Part shown: positions 26,352-35,629 of the stretch, piece after piece
Layout: each line of letters opens with the position of its first letter
Position numbering within the stretch: the first letter of the stretch is position 1
Assembly (NCBI GenBank): GCA_016839445.1
Contig: JAEOUG010000021.1
Location: forward strand, 1 to 35,630
Length of the DNA stretch: 35,630 bases
DNA from: Candidatus Thorarchaeota archaeon
GTDB taxonomy: Archaea > Asgardarchaeota > Thorarchaeia > Thorarchaeales > Thorarchaeaceae
Direction: 5' to 3'
Translations under genes and position numbers: made by a program
The notes under the pieces: generated by a model
What the model was told of the DNA's origin: nothing
What the model saw: only the letters and a program-made list of their open reading frames with translations
The model's database searches: none

Positions 26352-28433
26352 TTACACGTTTCTCCTGAGCTTGCCTGTCTTGATTAGGATGACCAAGGCA
26401 ACAGGGATTGCCACGATGATGCCAGCAAGGGACAGGAACAGAGGATTCAGCACGTTTGAGGATCCAGGTAGTTGGCCGTATAGCAGCACAGATGCCACAA
26501 TGCCGTCACTGTTCTCGACTTGGAGTATAATGTACCTGACGCCGTCGGGTAGAGTAGTGATCGATATCAACTTCTCAGCGACTAGCCACTGAGGCTGAAA
26601 TACCAGTGAATCCTGATAGACCTCCTCGCCGTTGACAAGGATACGAACCTCGCCTGTTGAGGTGTGCATCTGCTTCACGCAATTGTAGACGGAGAGATTC
26701 AGGAATAGAGTGTGTTGGTTTACATTGAGATTCTGCTGGTTGATGTGAACTACAGGTTCCTCGTAGAATCGTTCCAGTCTGTGTGCCCAGTAGTACGTTC
26801 CTTCGCCTCCGCAGATCTGGAGTTCCCAGACAATCTCTCCTTCAGGGGAGACCTCTGTGAAGATTACAGGAACAGGTCTAGCTTGAACTAGTGCCATGTT
26901 CCCGAATATTCCAAGAGTGTTTCCATCAGGCAACCTATCTGCATCGCCACCAGACTCAGAGAAGTAGTAGGTTTCATTCATGGCATACCAAGACCAGATC
27001 TCTCGCAGAATCTGGTTTTCTTCGTCCAGCTCAATCTCAATGAACCCAGATATCCCCGTCCCGTTTTGTGTCATTGAGGTTGGTACATCAGGATTGAAGA
27101 GACCATTGTCAAACAGCATGTAGTGGTCCTCACCAACCCATTCAAGACTATGAGGGTAGTTGAAGACCGTGTCAACCTCAGTTCCATTGAGAGTGAGAAC
27201 TGTGAAATTCCCCCAACGACCTGCCTTCCAGATGATCTCGCCTGTATCTTTGTCAATCTTCAGAAGCGTGTCCTGATTTCTTACGTTCAGCCAGATTGTG
27301 TTCTCTTCTTTGTCCCACGAGAAGCTATTGGCGTGCATCCAATCTGCGTAACCTCTGAAGGTGTAGTTGTGGCCAAGCCAAGTGTGGACTGTCGAATTGA
27401 ATGGGTAGTGTACCCTAGCATCCCACTGCCAGAGGAGGTCTCCATCCCAATTGTATTCGCTGATAGTATCGTAGATGACCTCTAGACCATCCCAGATTTC
27501 GCCGGAGGTCGCAGTTTCCAGAACCATGAATGTGTCAGTTGCAGGATTGTAGTCGAGTTCATGATGTCCTGCCGGAACCGGCAGTGTGACACGAGTATCA
27601 GTTTCGATGTTCCAGAGTTCCATCCATCCGTCAGAGCCGCCCATCATCACAGTGGTGGAATTCATGAACTTGTGTACACTATGCATTGCATCATTCAGCT
27701 GATTGACAACCTCGCCCTTGTCGTTGACTATGAGGACTTTCCCAGAACCCATTGAACCAATCTGTGCTGATTCATTTGCTATGATGATCTCCATGCATGG
27801 GAATAGTGTCAGCCCGGATGTATACGAACCCTCCTCCTGGTGAGTCATTCGAAACTCGATGATTCCGGATGAGTAGTAGATTGCGGCATCCATGATGGTG
27901 TAGGAGAAGATGGTATTGAGCCTGTCAATCTTGAGAGCGATACCAAGAGTCCCGTCGAAGTCGACCTCACCTCGTTGAAAGGCTGAAGCAGCCGTCGTTT
28001 GGCAGCTGAATACTTCTATCAAGGTATCAAAGCTCAGAGCTATGGTGACATCCGTCTCGACCGGCGCAACCAGCTTGGCCTCAAGGTCGAGTGTATCATT
28101 CTCTACAACGAACCAGAGGTATCCTGTGTCTATGATGTCCAGAACAGCTGTTATCTCCCATCCCGTTGTGATCTCAATGGCTTCCGGTTGATGGGCCGCA
28201 ACATACTCCGAGAAGACTGAGAAATTCTCCATGTCATCCCAGGTGAAATCTCCTCTTGATAGCTTATCCTTCAGGTCTGCCTTCATTGCTCGAATCTCTG
28301 CGGGGGCGTCGTCGAGATTCAGAGGCTCGGGTGGCGGTGGGTTGAGAATGCCGTTCAGGACGTAGAGAAAGGATGATACTCCTATCAAAGCTACAAGCAG
28401 GATGACAAGGAGTCCCTTGTATCTTCTCCTCAT
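26352..28433 (-). CDS. Aryl-sulfate sulfotransferase (ASST beta-propeller) with N-terminal SCP2-like domain, membrane-anchored at both ends
   Basis: ASST motifs GHHEL, DWMHANS, NVRNQD..KID..TGEIIW, NYPHS, LFDNG, GDADRLPDGNTL. SCP2-like segment DVTIALSFDTL..VFS..TTAASAFQRGEVDFDGTLGIALKI. Start MRRRYKG + TM; C-terminal TM + basic tail. Confidence 0.82.
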   Translation of the reverse strand: MRRRYKGLLVILLVALIGVSSFLYVLNGILNPPPPEPLNLDDAPAEIRAMKADLKDKLSRGDFTWDDMENFSVFSEYVAAHQPEAIEITTGWEITAVLDIIDTGYLWFVVENDTLDLEAKLVAPVETDVTIALSFDTLIEVFSCQTTAASAFQRGEVDFDGTLGIALKIDRLNTIFSYTIMDAAIYYSSGIIEFRMTHQEEGSYTSGLTLFPCMEIIIANESAQIGSMGSGKVLIVNDKGEVVNQLNDAMHSVHKFMNSTTVMMGGSDGWMELWNIETDTRVTLPVPAGHHELDYNPATDTFMVLETATSGEIWDGLEVIYDTISEYNWDGDLLWQWDARVHYPFNSTVHTWLGHNYTFRGYADWMHANSFSWDKEENTIWLNVRNQDTLLKIDKDTGEIIWKAGRWGNFTVLTLNGTEVDTVFNYPHSLEWVGEDHYMLFDNGLFNPDVPTSMTQNGTGISGFIEIELDEENQILREIWSWYAMNETYYFSESGGDADRLPDGNTLGIFGNMALVQARPVPVIFTEVSPEGEIVWELQICGGEGTYYWAHRLERFYEEPVVHINQQNLNVNQHTLFLNLSVYNCVKQMHTSTGEVRILVNGEEVYQDSLVFQPQWLVAEKLISITTLPDGVRYIILQVENSDGIVASVLLYGQLPGSSNVLNPLFLSLAGIIVAIPVALVILIKTGKLRRNV

Positions 28434-28516
28434 GCCGGAGTGCACATGTGGAAGCACGATATAAGTCTAGTATTAAGCTACAGAAACTCCGCTCATAGCC
28501 AGCCTCATTACTTGAA

Positions 28517-31117
28517 TCAGCTGGACTCTCTGCGCTTGAGCTCGTCTTGTACCTCTTTGAGTTTGAGAAGTGCATCCATGGGAGTTGTACGTTCTAGGTC
28601 CAAATGCTTCAGCTTCTCGAGGAGGGGGTCTTCTGCCACGAGTGCTTCAAGTGTCGTCTGCACCTGCTCAACGCGTGTGTTTCTGTCCGGCAGCGAAAGG
28701 TTGTTCTCTCTCTCAATCGTAGCCAAGATCTGTTTCGCTCTCTTCACAACAGACTCAGGCACTCCAGCTAGACCTGCAACCTGCACTCCATAGCTCTTGT
28801 CGGTGCCTCCGTCCACGACTTTGTGAAGGAAGACAATTGTGTCGCCGGACTCCTTCGCAAGCGTGTGAACATTCTGAACCCCATGGTACTGAGAAGCCAT
28901 GTCGGTGAGCTGATGGAAGTGGGTTGCGAAGAGCGCGCGGGTCTTCATCTGCACAATCCTCTCTGCGACGGCCCATGCTAGAGCCATGCCATCAAAGGTC
29001 GAGGTGCCCCTTCCAATCTCATCTAGAATGACCAAGCTGCGCTCTGTGGCGTTGTTTAGAATGTTGGCGGTCTCAATCATCTCTATCATGAATGTGCTCT
29101 GCCTAGCTGTCAGGTCATCAAACGCCCCTACACGAGTGAAGATGCGGTCCACTAACCCAATCTCTGCAGACTTCGCCGGTACGAAGGAGCCCATCTGGGC
29201 TAGGAGTACAATCAATGCACACTGGCGCATGTACGTGCTCTTACCTGCCATGTTTGGCCCGGTGACAATCTGCAGAGTCTTGCCGCCGTCGCCAATCTCG
29301 ATGCTGTTTGGTACGAACTCATTCCGGCCCAGTATCATTTCCATTGATGCATGGCGCCCGTCGACTATGTTGATCCTGGTTCCCTCGGTCACTATCGGCC
29401 TGCAGTACTGCCGCTTCACTGCAACATCTGCAAGCGAAACCAGAACGTCAGCTACTGCAATAGATGCCGAGTCCTTGCGGAGCGTTTCTGACACCTTCTC
29501 GACTTCTTCTCTCAGAGCATCATAGATCTCATACTCAAGGCTGTTGATCTTCTCCTCCCCTGCGAGAACCGATGCTTCTTTCTCTTTCAGTTCGGGCGTC
29601 ACAAAGCGTTCAGCATTGGCAAGTGTCTGCTTTCGTTCGTAGTCTTCCGGAACCATGTTCAGGTTGGATTTCGTCACCTCGATGTAGTAGCCAAAGACCT
29701 TGTTGAAGCCAACCTTGAGTGACTTGATTCCAGTCCTTCTTCTTTCAGAGGTCTGCAGCGACGCAATCCATTTCTTGTCCGATTGGATGGATCCCTTGAG
29801 CTTGTCAAGAGCTTCACTGAAGCCCTCCTTAATCATGCCTCCTTCCTTGACAGAAACGGGAGGGTCATCGACAATGGCCGAATGGAGTGTTTCATGAAGT
29901 CCGGGCAGGGGATCGATGGAAGAGGCGCATCCCTTCAGGAGCTGGCTCTTGCAGTCCTTGAGCGACTTCTTTATCTTCGGAATCTTTGCTAGGGCGTTTC
30001 TTAGTGATAGAAGATCCCTTGCTCCTGACTTCCCGAAGACTATTCGGCTTGTCACTCGTTCAAGATCCCCGAGGTCTCTGAGGCTGTCTTCTACTCCCTT
30101 ACGAACCAATGCATCTCTCGCCAGTTCCTCAACCGCATCTAGCCTCTCGCCTATAGCCGTGAGATCTCGAAGTGGCTGCAATATCCATTGTTTGAGTTTC
30201 CGTTTTCCCATTGGCGTGATGGTCTCATCTAGAACACTCAGGAGGGTTCCTCTCTTGCTTCCATCGCGGGCGTTCCTAGTGAGTTCGAGATTCCTCTGTG
30301 TAGTCGGGTCAACAATCATGTGCTCTTCGATTGAATATGTTCTGATGCCTGAGAGTGCAATCGAAGCCGCCTTGTAGACATCTCTGAGGTATGCCATGAC
30401 TGCGCCTGCCGCACCCAATGCTGCCCTCTTGTCGGTGATACCGAAGCCTTCGAGTGTGGCCACGCCAAAGTGCTCCTTGATGTAACCTTCTGCCGAGTGT
30501 GCAGAGAAGTCATGGTCATTGCGAATTGTCACTCTTGCAGCAAGTTCCTCAATCTGTGGATTGCCCCTGTGCTTGGACATGCTATCAGGCAGCAGGACCT
30601 CAGAAGGTGACAACCTTGCGACCTCATTCAAGGTCTTGTCGTCATTGATTCGTCCTGCGAACTCCGTGGCAAGGAACTCCCCTGTTGAAACATCAACCAC
30701 AGCCACACCCACAGTATCCTCATGTTCGACAAGGGCAACCAAGTAGTTGTTAGTCGCATCCTCAAGAATCGAGCTCTCAAGAACTGTTCCAGGAGTCACG
30801 ACTCTGACTACATCCCTCTTAACAAGTCCCTTGGCCTGAGACGCATCTTCCACCTGATCAGCAATTGCCACAGTGAATCCTGCCTGCAGCAGCTTGGCGA
30901 CATAGCCATCGACGGCATGATAGGGGACTCCACACATTGGCCAGCGATCCACTCCCTCTCCTCTTGCGGTCAGGACAATATCGAGTGTCTTGCTTGCCAG
31001 CTTGGCATCTTCATTGAACATCTCGTAGAAGTCACCAAGCCTGAACATCAGTATGGAGTCAGGATGTAGCCGCTTGAGCTGCAGGTATTGCCGCTGCATG
31101 GGAGTCTGCTTGGCCAC
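28517..31117 (-). CDS. mutS: DNA mismatch repair protein MutS (MutS1)
   Basis: TPM..QY, mismatch-binding FRLGDFYEMF, VVTPGT, Walker A TGPNMAGKSTY, STFMIEM, DEIGRGTST, FATHFH, SYGVQVA. Confidence 0.97.
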   Translation of the reverse strand: MAKQTPMQRQYLQLKRLHPDSILMFRLGDFYEMFNEDAKLASKTLDIVLTARGEGVDRWPMCGVPYHAVDGYVAKLLQAGFTVAIADQVEDASQAKGLVKRDVVRVVTPGTVLESSILEDATNNYLVALVEHEDTVGVAVVDVSTGEFLATEFAGRINDDKTLNEVARLSPSEVLLPDSMSKHRGNPQIEELAARVTIRNDHDFSAHSAEGYIKEHFGVATLEGFGITDKRAALGAAGAVMAYLRDVYKAASIALSGIRTYSIEEHMIVDPTTQRNLELTRNARDGSKRGTLLSVLDETITPMGKRKLKQWILQPLRDLTAIGERLDAVEELARDALVRKGVEDSLRDLGDLERVTSRIVFGKSGARDLLSLRNALAKIPKIKKSLKDCKSQLLKGCASSIDPLPGLHETLHSAIVDDPPVSVKEGGMIKEGFSEALDKLKGSIQSDKKWIASLQTSERRRTGIKSLKVGFNKVFGYYIEVTKSNLNMVPEDYERKQTLANAERFVTPELKEKEASVLAGEEKINSLEYEIYDALREEVEKVSETLRKDSASIAVADVLVSLADVAVKRQYCRPIVTEGTRINIVDGRHASMEMILGRNEFVPNSIEIGDGGKTLQIVTGPNMAGKSTYMRQCALIVLLAQMGSFVPAKSAEIGLVDRIFTRVGAFDDLTARQSTFMIEMIETANILNNATERSLVILDEIGRGTSTFDGMALAWAVAERIVQMKTRALFATHFHQLTDMASQYHGVQNVHTLAKESGDTIVFLHKVVDGGTDKSYGVQVAGLAGVPESVVKRAKQILATIERENNLSLPDRNTRVEQVQTTLEALVAEDPLLEKLKHLDLERTTPMDALLKLKEVQDELKRRESS

Positions 31118-31209
31118 CTCAATTCACAACGCAGCTGGCGGTTCTACTGCGTCTCTAATAACGGCATCGCAGGATCCTCTGATTCTCCCCTTGGCCCCGA
31201 ACATCATCT

Positions 31210-33201
31210 CTATGGGCTGGGGCCTCCTCCTCTCCTTCTAATGAAGACCACTGCCACCAAGACCCCCGCTGCTACTGAACCAATGCCAATTCCGTACGCT
31301 ATGAATAGGATGGGATTTGCACCTTCTCGGAATATTCTAGAGAGCAGAAAGGTCTTCAGCACCAGGTTGACTCGAGTTCCATTGTCCTCACTGCACAGAC
31401 AGACCAACTCGTCATTGCCCATAACAAGAATCGAGCATGGCAGCATAGGTGTCCGCTCACCTCCTTGGTTCAATTGAGAGGACACCGAGCCAGTGAGGTT
31501 TAGGTCTGTCTTGAAGAGGACCTTGACGCTGTCATACCTGTAGGTTTCTGCGAGCACGATGAGCGAGCCGCTGTCAGTCAAACATGTGGCCTTGCATTCC
31601 AGGAACTCGTACCATTCGCCTTGGTATACGACCTCCATAGTGATTCTCTTCTTGGATTCTCCGCTTGATGTCCACTTCTCAACATGCAAATGGGTGGCAT
31701 TAGCTGATGTGGTGAAGAGTCCCCCGGTGCTGTCAACCATAACATCATGAAAACACCTTGTGGCAGGAGTTGTCAAGTTCCACCTCTGTGAGCCGTTCAA
31801 ATACCAAGAGCTCAACCGATTGGGTTCGAGGGTGAATATGGTTTCGTTCGACAACGCAATACTGTGGCCAAGCTCGATGCCATGCCACCAAGGCAGATAC
31901 CACTCCTCACTGATCACGGTCCATTGATGGGTTCCATTCTCGCTGAATTTCAGGAGCTCGCTCCTCATTGTGAATATCAGCTCACCTACCTCTAGGTAGA
32001 AGACTCCTGCGACATAGATTGAGTGATCGTGAGATACGGCAATGTCGATTTCCAGCGCGTCATAGTAATCCCCCCAATAGGCCACCCACTCCTGTTCCCC
32101 CTCCTCGCTCCATTTCGCTAGAAAGCCTTGATGAGCGTACAAGTACGAGCTGGTATTGCGCGTGATTCCTGCCGTGAGGAGGTCCTGCGAATCTGAAACC
32201 AGAGCAAGCGCTACCGCTGACCCATTTCCATTCCAGGGGTCTTCTAGGTTGCGCTGGTCCAGATTGACCAAGACATGGCTGTGGGTGTCAGATGGTTGAT
32301 ACCAAGAACGAGGTTGTAGATTGGCCAGTCCGAATCTCATCCCGCTGGTGGTCACTGCTAATCCCTTGCAGAAGAGATGCCCCTGAGTTGTGGAAAGGAC
32401 TTCAGTCGTAGTCGGCGACGGAACCTGCCCTATGGGAATGGCTTCAGAGAGTAGGGCTTCTACTTGGAAGCTGTCTACGGTAAGCTTCACTTGCCCATTG
32501 TAGTGCAGCCAAGGTTCGTAGTCAACCCATTGCTCGAACCTGTAGGTGGGCGAGAGCGCGATTAGAATATGGAATCCTGAAACAGGCTCTCCGTTCTCAT
32601 CAAAGCAGTCCTCGAGAACGTTATCCCAAGCGTAGGTGATAGATCCTTGTGGCAGTTCCTGACTCTTCGTAACGGACCCTTCACTATCTGTTGGGAAATG
32701 AAGAATGGGATACCAGTCCGAAGGTGACTCGGTTGTCTTCACGTACACCGTGCACTCGAACATCTGGCGGCCATCCTCTTCAGTGGCAAAGTCTCCAGTG
32801 ACCTCCAATCTCGCAACCATTGCTGCCCGAAGACCATCAGGTTGCCTGTTCTCGGCCCAGAATGCATTCTCGGTCAGTCTGACATGATCTAGACAATCCG
32901 GCCATCCAAAGCCCTTTGAGGCCCAATTGAGGGGAGTGCCCGCCACATGTGTCCAAACGAGGTCGGCTGAGTTCGATGTTGAGTTCCATCCTGAGCTGAA
33001 CTCTCCAGATGTCCCCACGTTTGTCATGTTTGGTTCCGTGGTCAGGTTCGGGTTGGGAACTAGCTGCAGTGTATTGGCAGCTGGGGAAACATATGCCGCA
33101 TCATGAGTGTTAGAGTCAGGAGGGAGGTTGGCAGAGAGTGAGAGCACTAGGAGGAGAACGAAGGCAATCCCTATCGTTTCTTCACTCTGCAAGGTCTTCA
33201 C
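31210..33201 (-). CDS. Secreted, C-terminally anchored surface protein with a C-terminal beta-propeller-like region
   Basis: Hydrophobic N-terminus, repeated 'L.K(W/F)S..G...W' blades (AKWSEEGEQEW, LKFSENGTHQW, SWYLNGSQRW, EKWTSSG), TM + RRR. Confidence 0.7.
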   Translation of the reverse strand: MKTLQSEETIGIAFVLLLVLSLSANLPPDSNTHDAAYVSPAANTLQLVPNPNLTTEPNMTNVGTSGEFSSGWNSTSNSADLVWTHVAGTPLNWASKGFGWPDCLDHVRLTENAFWAENRQPDGLRAAMVARLEVTGDFATEEDGRQMFECTVYVKTTESPSDWYPILHFPTDSEGSVTKSQELPQGSITYAWDNVLEDCFDENGEPVSGFHILIALSPTYRFEQWVDYEPWLHYNGQVKLTVDSFQVEALLSEAIPIGQVPSPTTTEVLSTTQGHLFCKGLAVTTSGMRFGLANLQPRSWYQPSDTHSHVLVNLDQRNLEDPWNGNGSAVALALVSDSQDLLTAGITRNTSSYLYAHQGFLAKWSEEGEQEWVAYWGDYYDALEIDIAVSHDHSIYVAGVFYLEVGELIFTMRSELLKFSENGTHQWTVISEEWYLPWWHGIELGHSIALSNETIFTLEPNRLSSWYLNGSQRWNLTTPATRCFHDVMVDSTGGLFTTSANATHLHVEKWTSSGESKKRITMEVVYQGEWYEFLECKATCLTDSGSLIVLAETYRYDSVKVLFKTDLNLTGSVSSQLNQGGERTPMLPCSILVMGNDELVCLCSEDNGTRVNLVLKTFLLSRIFREGANPILFIAYGIGIGSVAAGVLVAVVFIRRRGGGPSP

Positions 33202-33367
33202 TCCCTCATTTCCTCTTCCGAGAGCTCTGTAATCAAGTTAGCGGTGTAAGGGCGAACACATTCCCCTGATCTTGGTCAGCGCACCGAGGACGGCAGTACA
33301 GGGAATCTTGCGTTGATATCCCTCCTTATGAAGTCACAGACCAATAGTCTTCTGAAGGGTGATTCCT

Positions 33368-33553
33368 ATGGCCTTGATTAGAGATGAGTGGTTGATACCG
33401 ATTGGAAGCCTCTGCCTTGCTGCGGCGATACTTGCAGATCGATTCATTCCGCTAGAGGCTGCGATTCTAGACTTCATCATAGGTGTGCTGACAGGAATCT
33501 CGATGGTTCTTAGTCTGGTTGGGCTCTACAAGATGCGGAAGTCCACGGACTAG
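33368..33553 (+). CDS. Small two-TM membrane protein
   Basis: ATG 33368 behind a GGGTGA SD; two hydrophobic helices and a basic tail. Confidence 0.6.
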   Translation: MALIRDEWLIPIGSLCLAAAILADRFIPLEAAILDFIIGVLTGISMVLSLVGLYKMRKSTD

Positions 33554-33613
33554 GAGGGAAGTCATACCACCGAAGGGTGGCATTCATAACGAGTTGCAGC
33601 TTGGCCCATAGCG

Positions 33614-34807
33614 ATGCAACGGCAGAAGTATGATGTAGCCGTCGTAGGAGCAGGTCCTGCCGGCACTATGGCCGCCAAAGCAATTGCCGAGAGGGGACAT
33701 GAAGTCATCATACTGGAGAGAAGGCGCGCCGTTGGAATACCCGTTCAGTGCGGAGAATTCCTTCCCGCTGGGAAAGAGATCTCGGACATGTTTCCTCATT
33801 CCCCAAGAATGGCGCGTCTCGTTGAGATCCCTCGAAGGTTCACGCTAAATAGAACATCGCGGATTCGTCTGGTGTCTCCGCGAGAGCACAGCTATGAGTT
33901 CGACTTCGAGTCGAACATAATTGACAGACGTCGCTATGACGCTCATCTTGCCGAGCGAGCAGTAGAAGCGGGAGCAGAGCTGTCACTTGGGTTTCGGGTT
34001 ATTGCCCGCGAATCAAAGGAACTCCTCAGAGTCAAGTCCTCGTCAGGAGTTGGGACTGTCTCGGCAAAGGTAATTGTCGGAGCAGACGGTCCTGTTTCAC
34101 TGATATCTCGCTCCATTGGTAATCCGTACGACCGCCAAGACAGGGACCTCAGTCTCTCTCTGCATAGAGTCTATTCCAACGCCGATGTCGACCCCCGTGT
34201 TGTAGAGATGATATTCGGAGGTAGGGCCGCCCCTGGGGGATATGGCTGGACCATACCCAGAGGAAACAGAGAGGCCAACGTTGGCATCGGAGTTAGGAAG
34301 AGCATGGCTCTGGGCAATGCACCCCTGAAGAGCTACTTGGACTACGTTGTCAGGAGAGTTCCGGGGAGGTATAGTGACGCCGAAGTAGTCAGATCTGTAG
34401 GAGCTCTCATTCCGGTTGGAGGTCCAGTGGCTTACACAACTCGTGGAAACACAGTCATTGTTGGTGATGCCGCCGGCCATGTAATGGCCACGAACGGAGG
34501 TGGGATTCCGACAGCTCTCTGTGGTGGCGAGATGGCTGGCGAGGCCGTGTCGAGTCATCTGGAGAACGGGACTCCCTTGAACAGATACGATGCTCTCTGG
34601 CAATCAGAATTCGGTACTGAACTTCGAGCCTCACTTGCGGCACTCAGGCTGGCTGACAGAGTCATGGGGTCTGACAGCCTGACGGAAGTTGGAATGGCCC
34701 TAATGCGGGCAAGATTCCTTGAGCCGATAATCAGGTGCAGGCTTCCACTTCCCTCAGGAATGATGTCTGGTGCTGCGGTTTCTGTTCTACGCCGGCTCCT
34801 TGGATAG
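33614..34807 (+). CDS. Geranylgeranyl reductase family FAD-dependent oxidoreductase
   Basis: YDVAVVGAGPAG, PVQCGE, VGADG, PGGYGWTIP (YxWxFP-like), VGDAAG..ATNGGGI. Confidence 0.9.
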   Translation: MQRQKYDVAVVGAGPAGTMAAKAIAERGHEVIILERRRAVGIPVQCGEFLPAGKEISDMFPHSPRMARLVEIPRRFTLNRTSRIRLVSPREHSYEFDFESNIIDRRRYDAHLAERAVEAGAELSLGFRVIARESKELLRVKSSSGVGTVSAKVIVGADGPVSLISRSIGNPYDRQDRDLSLSLHRVYSNADVDPRVVEMIFGGRAAPGGYGWTIPRGNREANVGIGVRKSMALGNAPLKSYLDYVVRRVPGRYSDAEVVRSVGALIPVGGPVAYTTRGNTVIVGDAAGHVMATNGGGIPTALCGGEMAGEAVSSHLENGTPLNRYDALWQSEFGTELRASLAALRLADRVMGSDSLTEVGMALMRARFLEPIIRCRLPLPSGMMSGAAVSVLRRLLG

Positions 34808-34810
34808 AGA

Positions 34811-35629
34811 TTAGCTCTCCCTCTCTACTGCAAAGGATGCTAGAGCTATCAGGTGGTTCTCGTTCTCGAATCCCTTTCCAAGTATGGCGCTGACCGCCTT
34901 CTCTGCGTAGTCCCGCGCGACACTCTGCGAGTACTCGACTGCTCCAACCTTCTCAATCACTCTCAGCGCTTTCCGCAGGTTTCCACTTGCGAGTGCCTCC
35001 AGGCAGGAGTCTGTGATCTCATCCGGGCATTCCTCAAGTGTGTGAACCAGGACGTAGTTCGGCTTGTTGCCCTTGAGGTCCGAGAGAACGCTCTTGCCGA
35101 TTCGTTTTCGGCTGGACGTGACGTCCAGAATGTCATCTCTTACCTGAAAGGCTAGTCCTAGCATCTCGCCATACTCTGCGAGGCTGGCCTCCTCCTCTGC
35201 GGTCGCATCTCCAAGAATCGCCCCTATTCTGGCAACTGCCTGCATGAAGGCTGCAGTCTTCCTACCCACAATGTCGAAGTATTCCTGTTTGGTGACGACG
35301 TGTTTTGGGTTGGCAAGAGTAAGCAGGTCCGCTGCCTCGCCCTCAGCCATTCGGATTCCTGTAGTCGAGACCATCTTCAGTAGTTCTGGTGTGGCTTGCT
35401 CTCCAACCAGCTTGACTGCCATCCCTATGAGCAGGTCTCCCGCAAGAACCGCCATTCGATTACCGAACTTCCTGTGAGTGCTCTCTACACCACGCCGCAT
35501 ATCATCATCATCAATGAAGTCATCATGCATCAGACTTGCTGTCTGCATGAACTCAGTAGCAACTGCGTAGGGAAGCATGTCTGTTATATTGCCTCCCACT
35601 GCCTCGCAGGTGAGCAGCATCAACAGTGA
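34811..35629 (-). CDS. trans-polyprenyl diphosphate synthase, 5'-partial
   Basis: FARM HDDFIDDDDMRRG, AVLAGD, KTA, SARM FQVRDDILD, GK..SDL. The frame is open to the window edge. Confidence 0.92.
   Translation of the reverse strand, partial: SLLMLLTCEAVGGNITDMLPYAVATEFMQTASLMHDDFIDDDDMRRGVESTHRKFGNRMAVLAGDLLIGMAVKLVGEQATPELLKMVSTTGIRMAEGEAADLLTLANPKHVVTKQEYFDIVGRKTAAFMQAVARIGAILGDATAEEEASLAEYGEMLGLAFQVRDDILDVTSSRKRIGKSVLSDLKGNKPNYVLVHTLEECPDEITDSCLEALASGNLRKALRVIEKVGAVEYSQSVARDYAEKAVSAILGKGFENENHLIALASFAVERES

Noticed and set aside
28986-31069. Several plus-strand ORFs of 65-179 aa
   Set aside because: All are antisense to intact mutS, as expected from codon bias.
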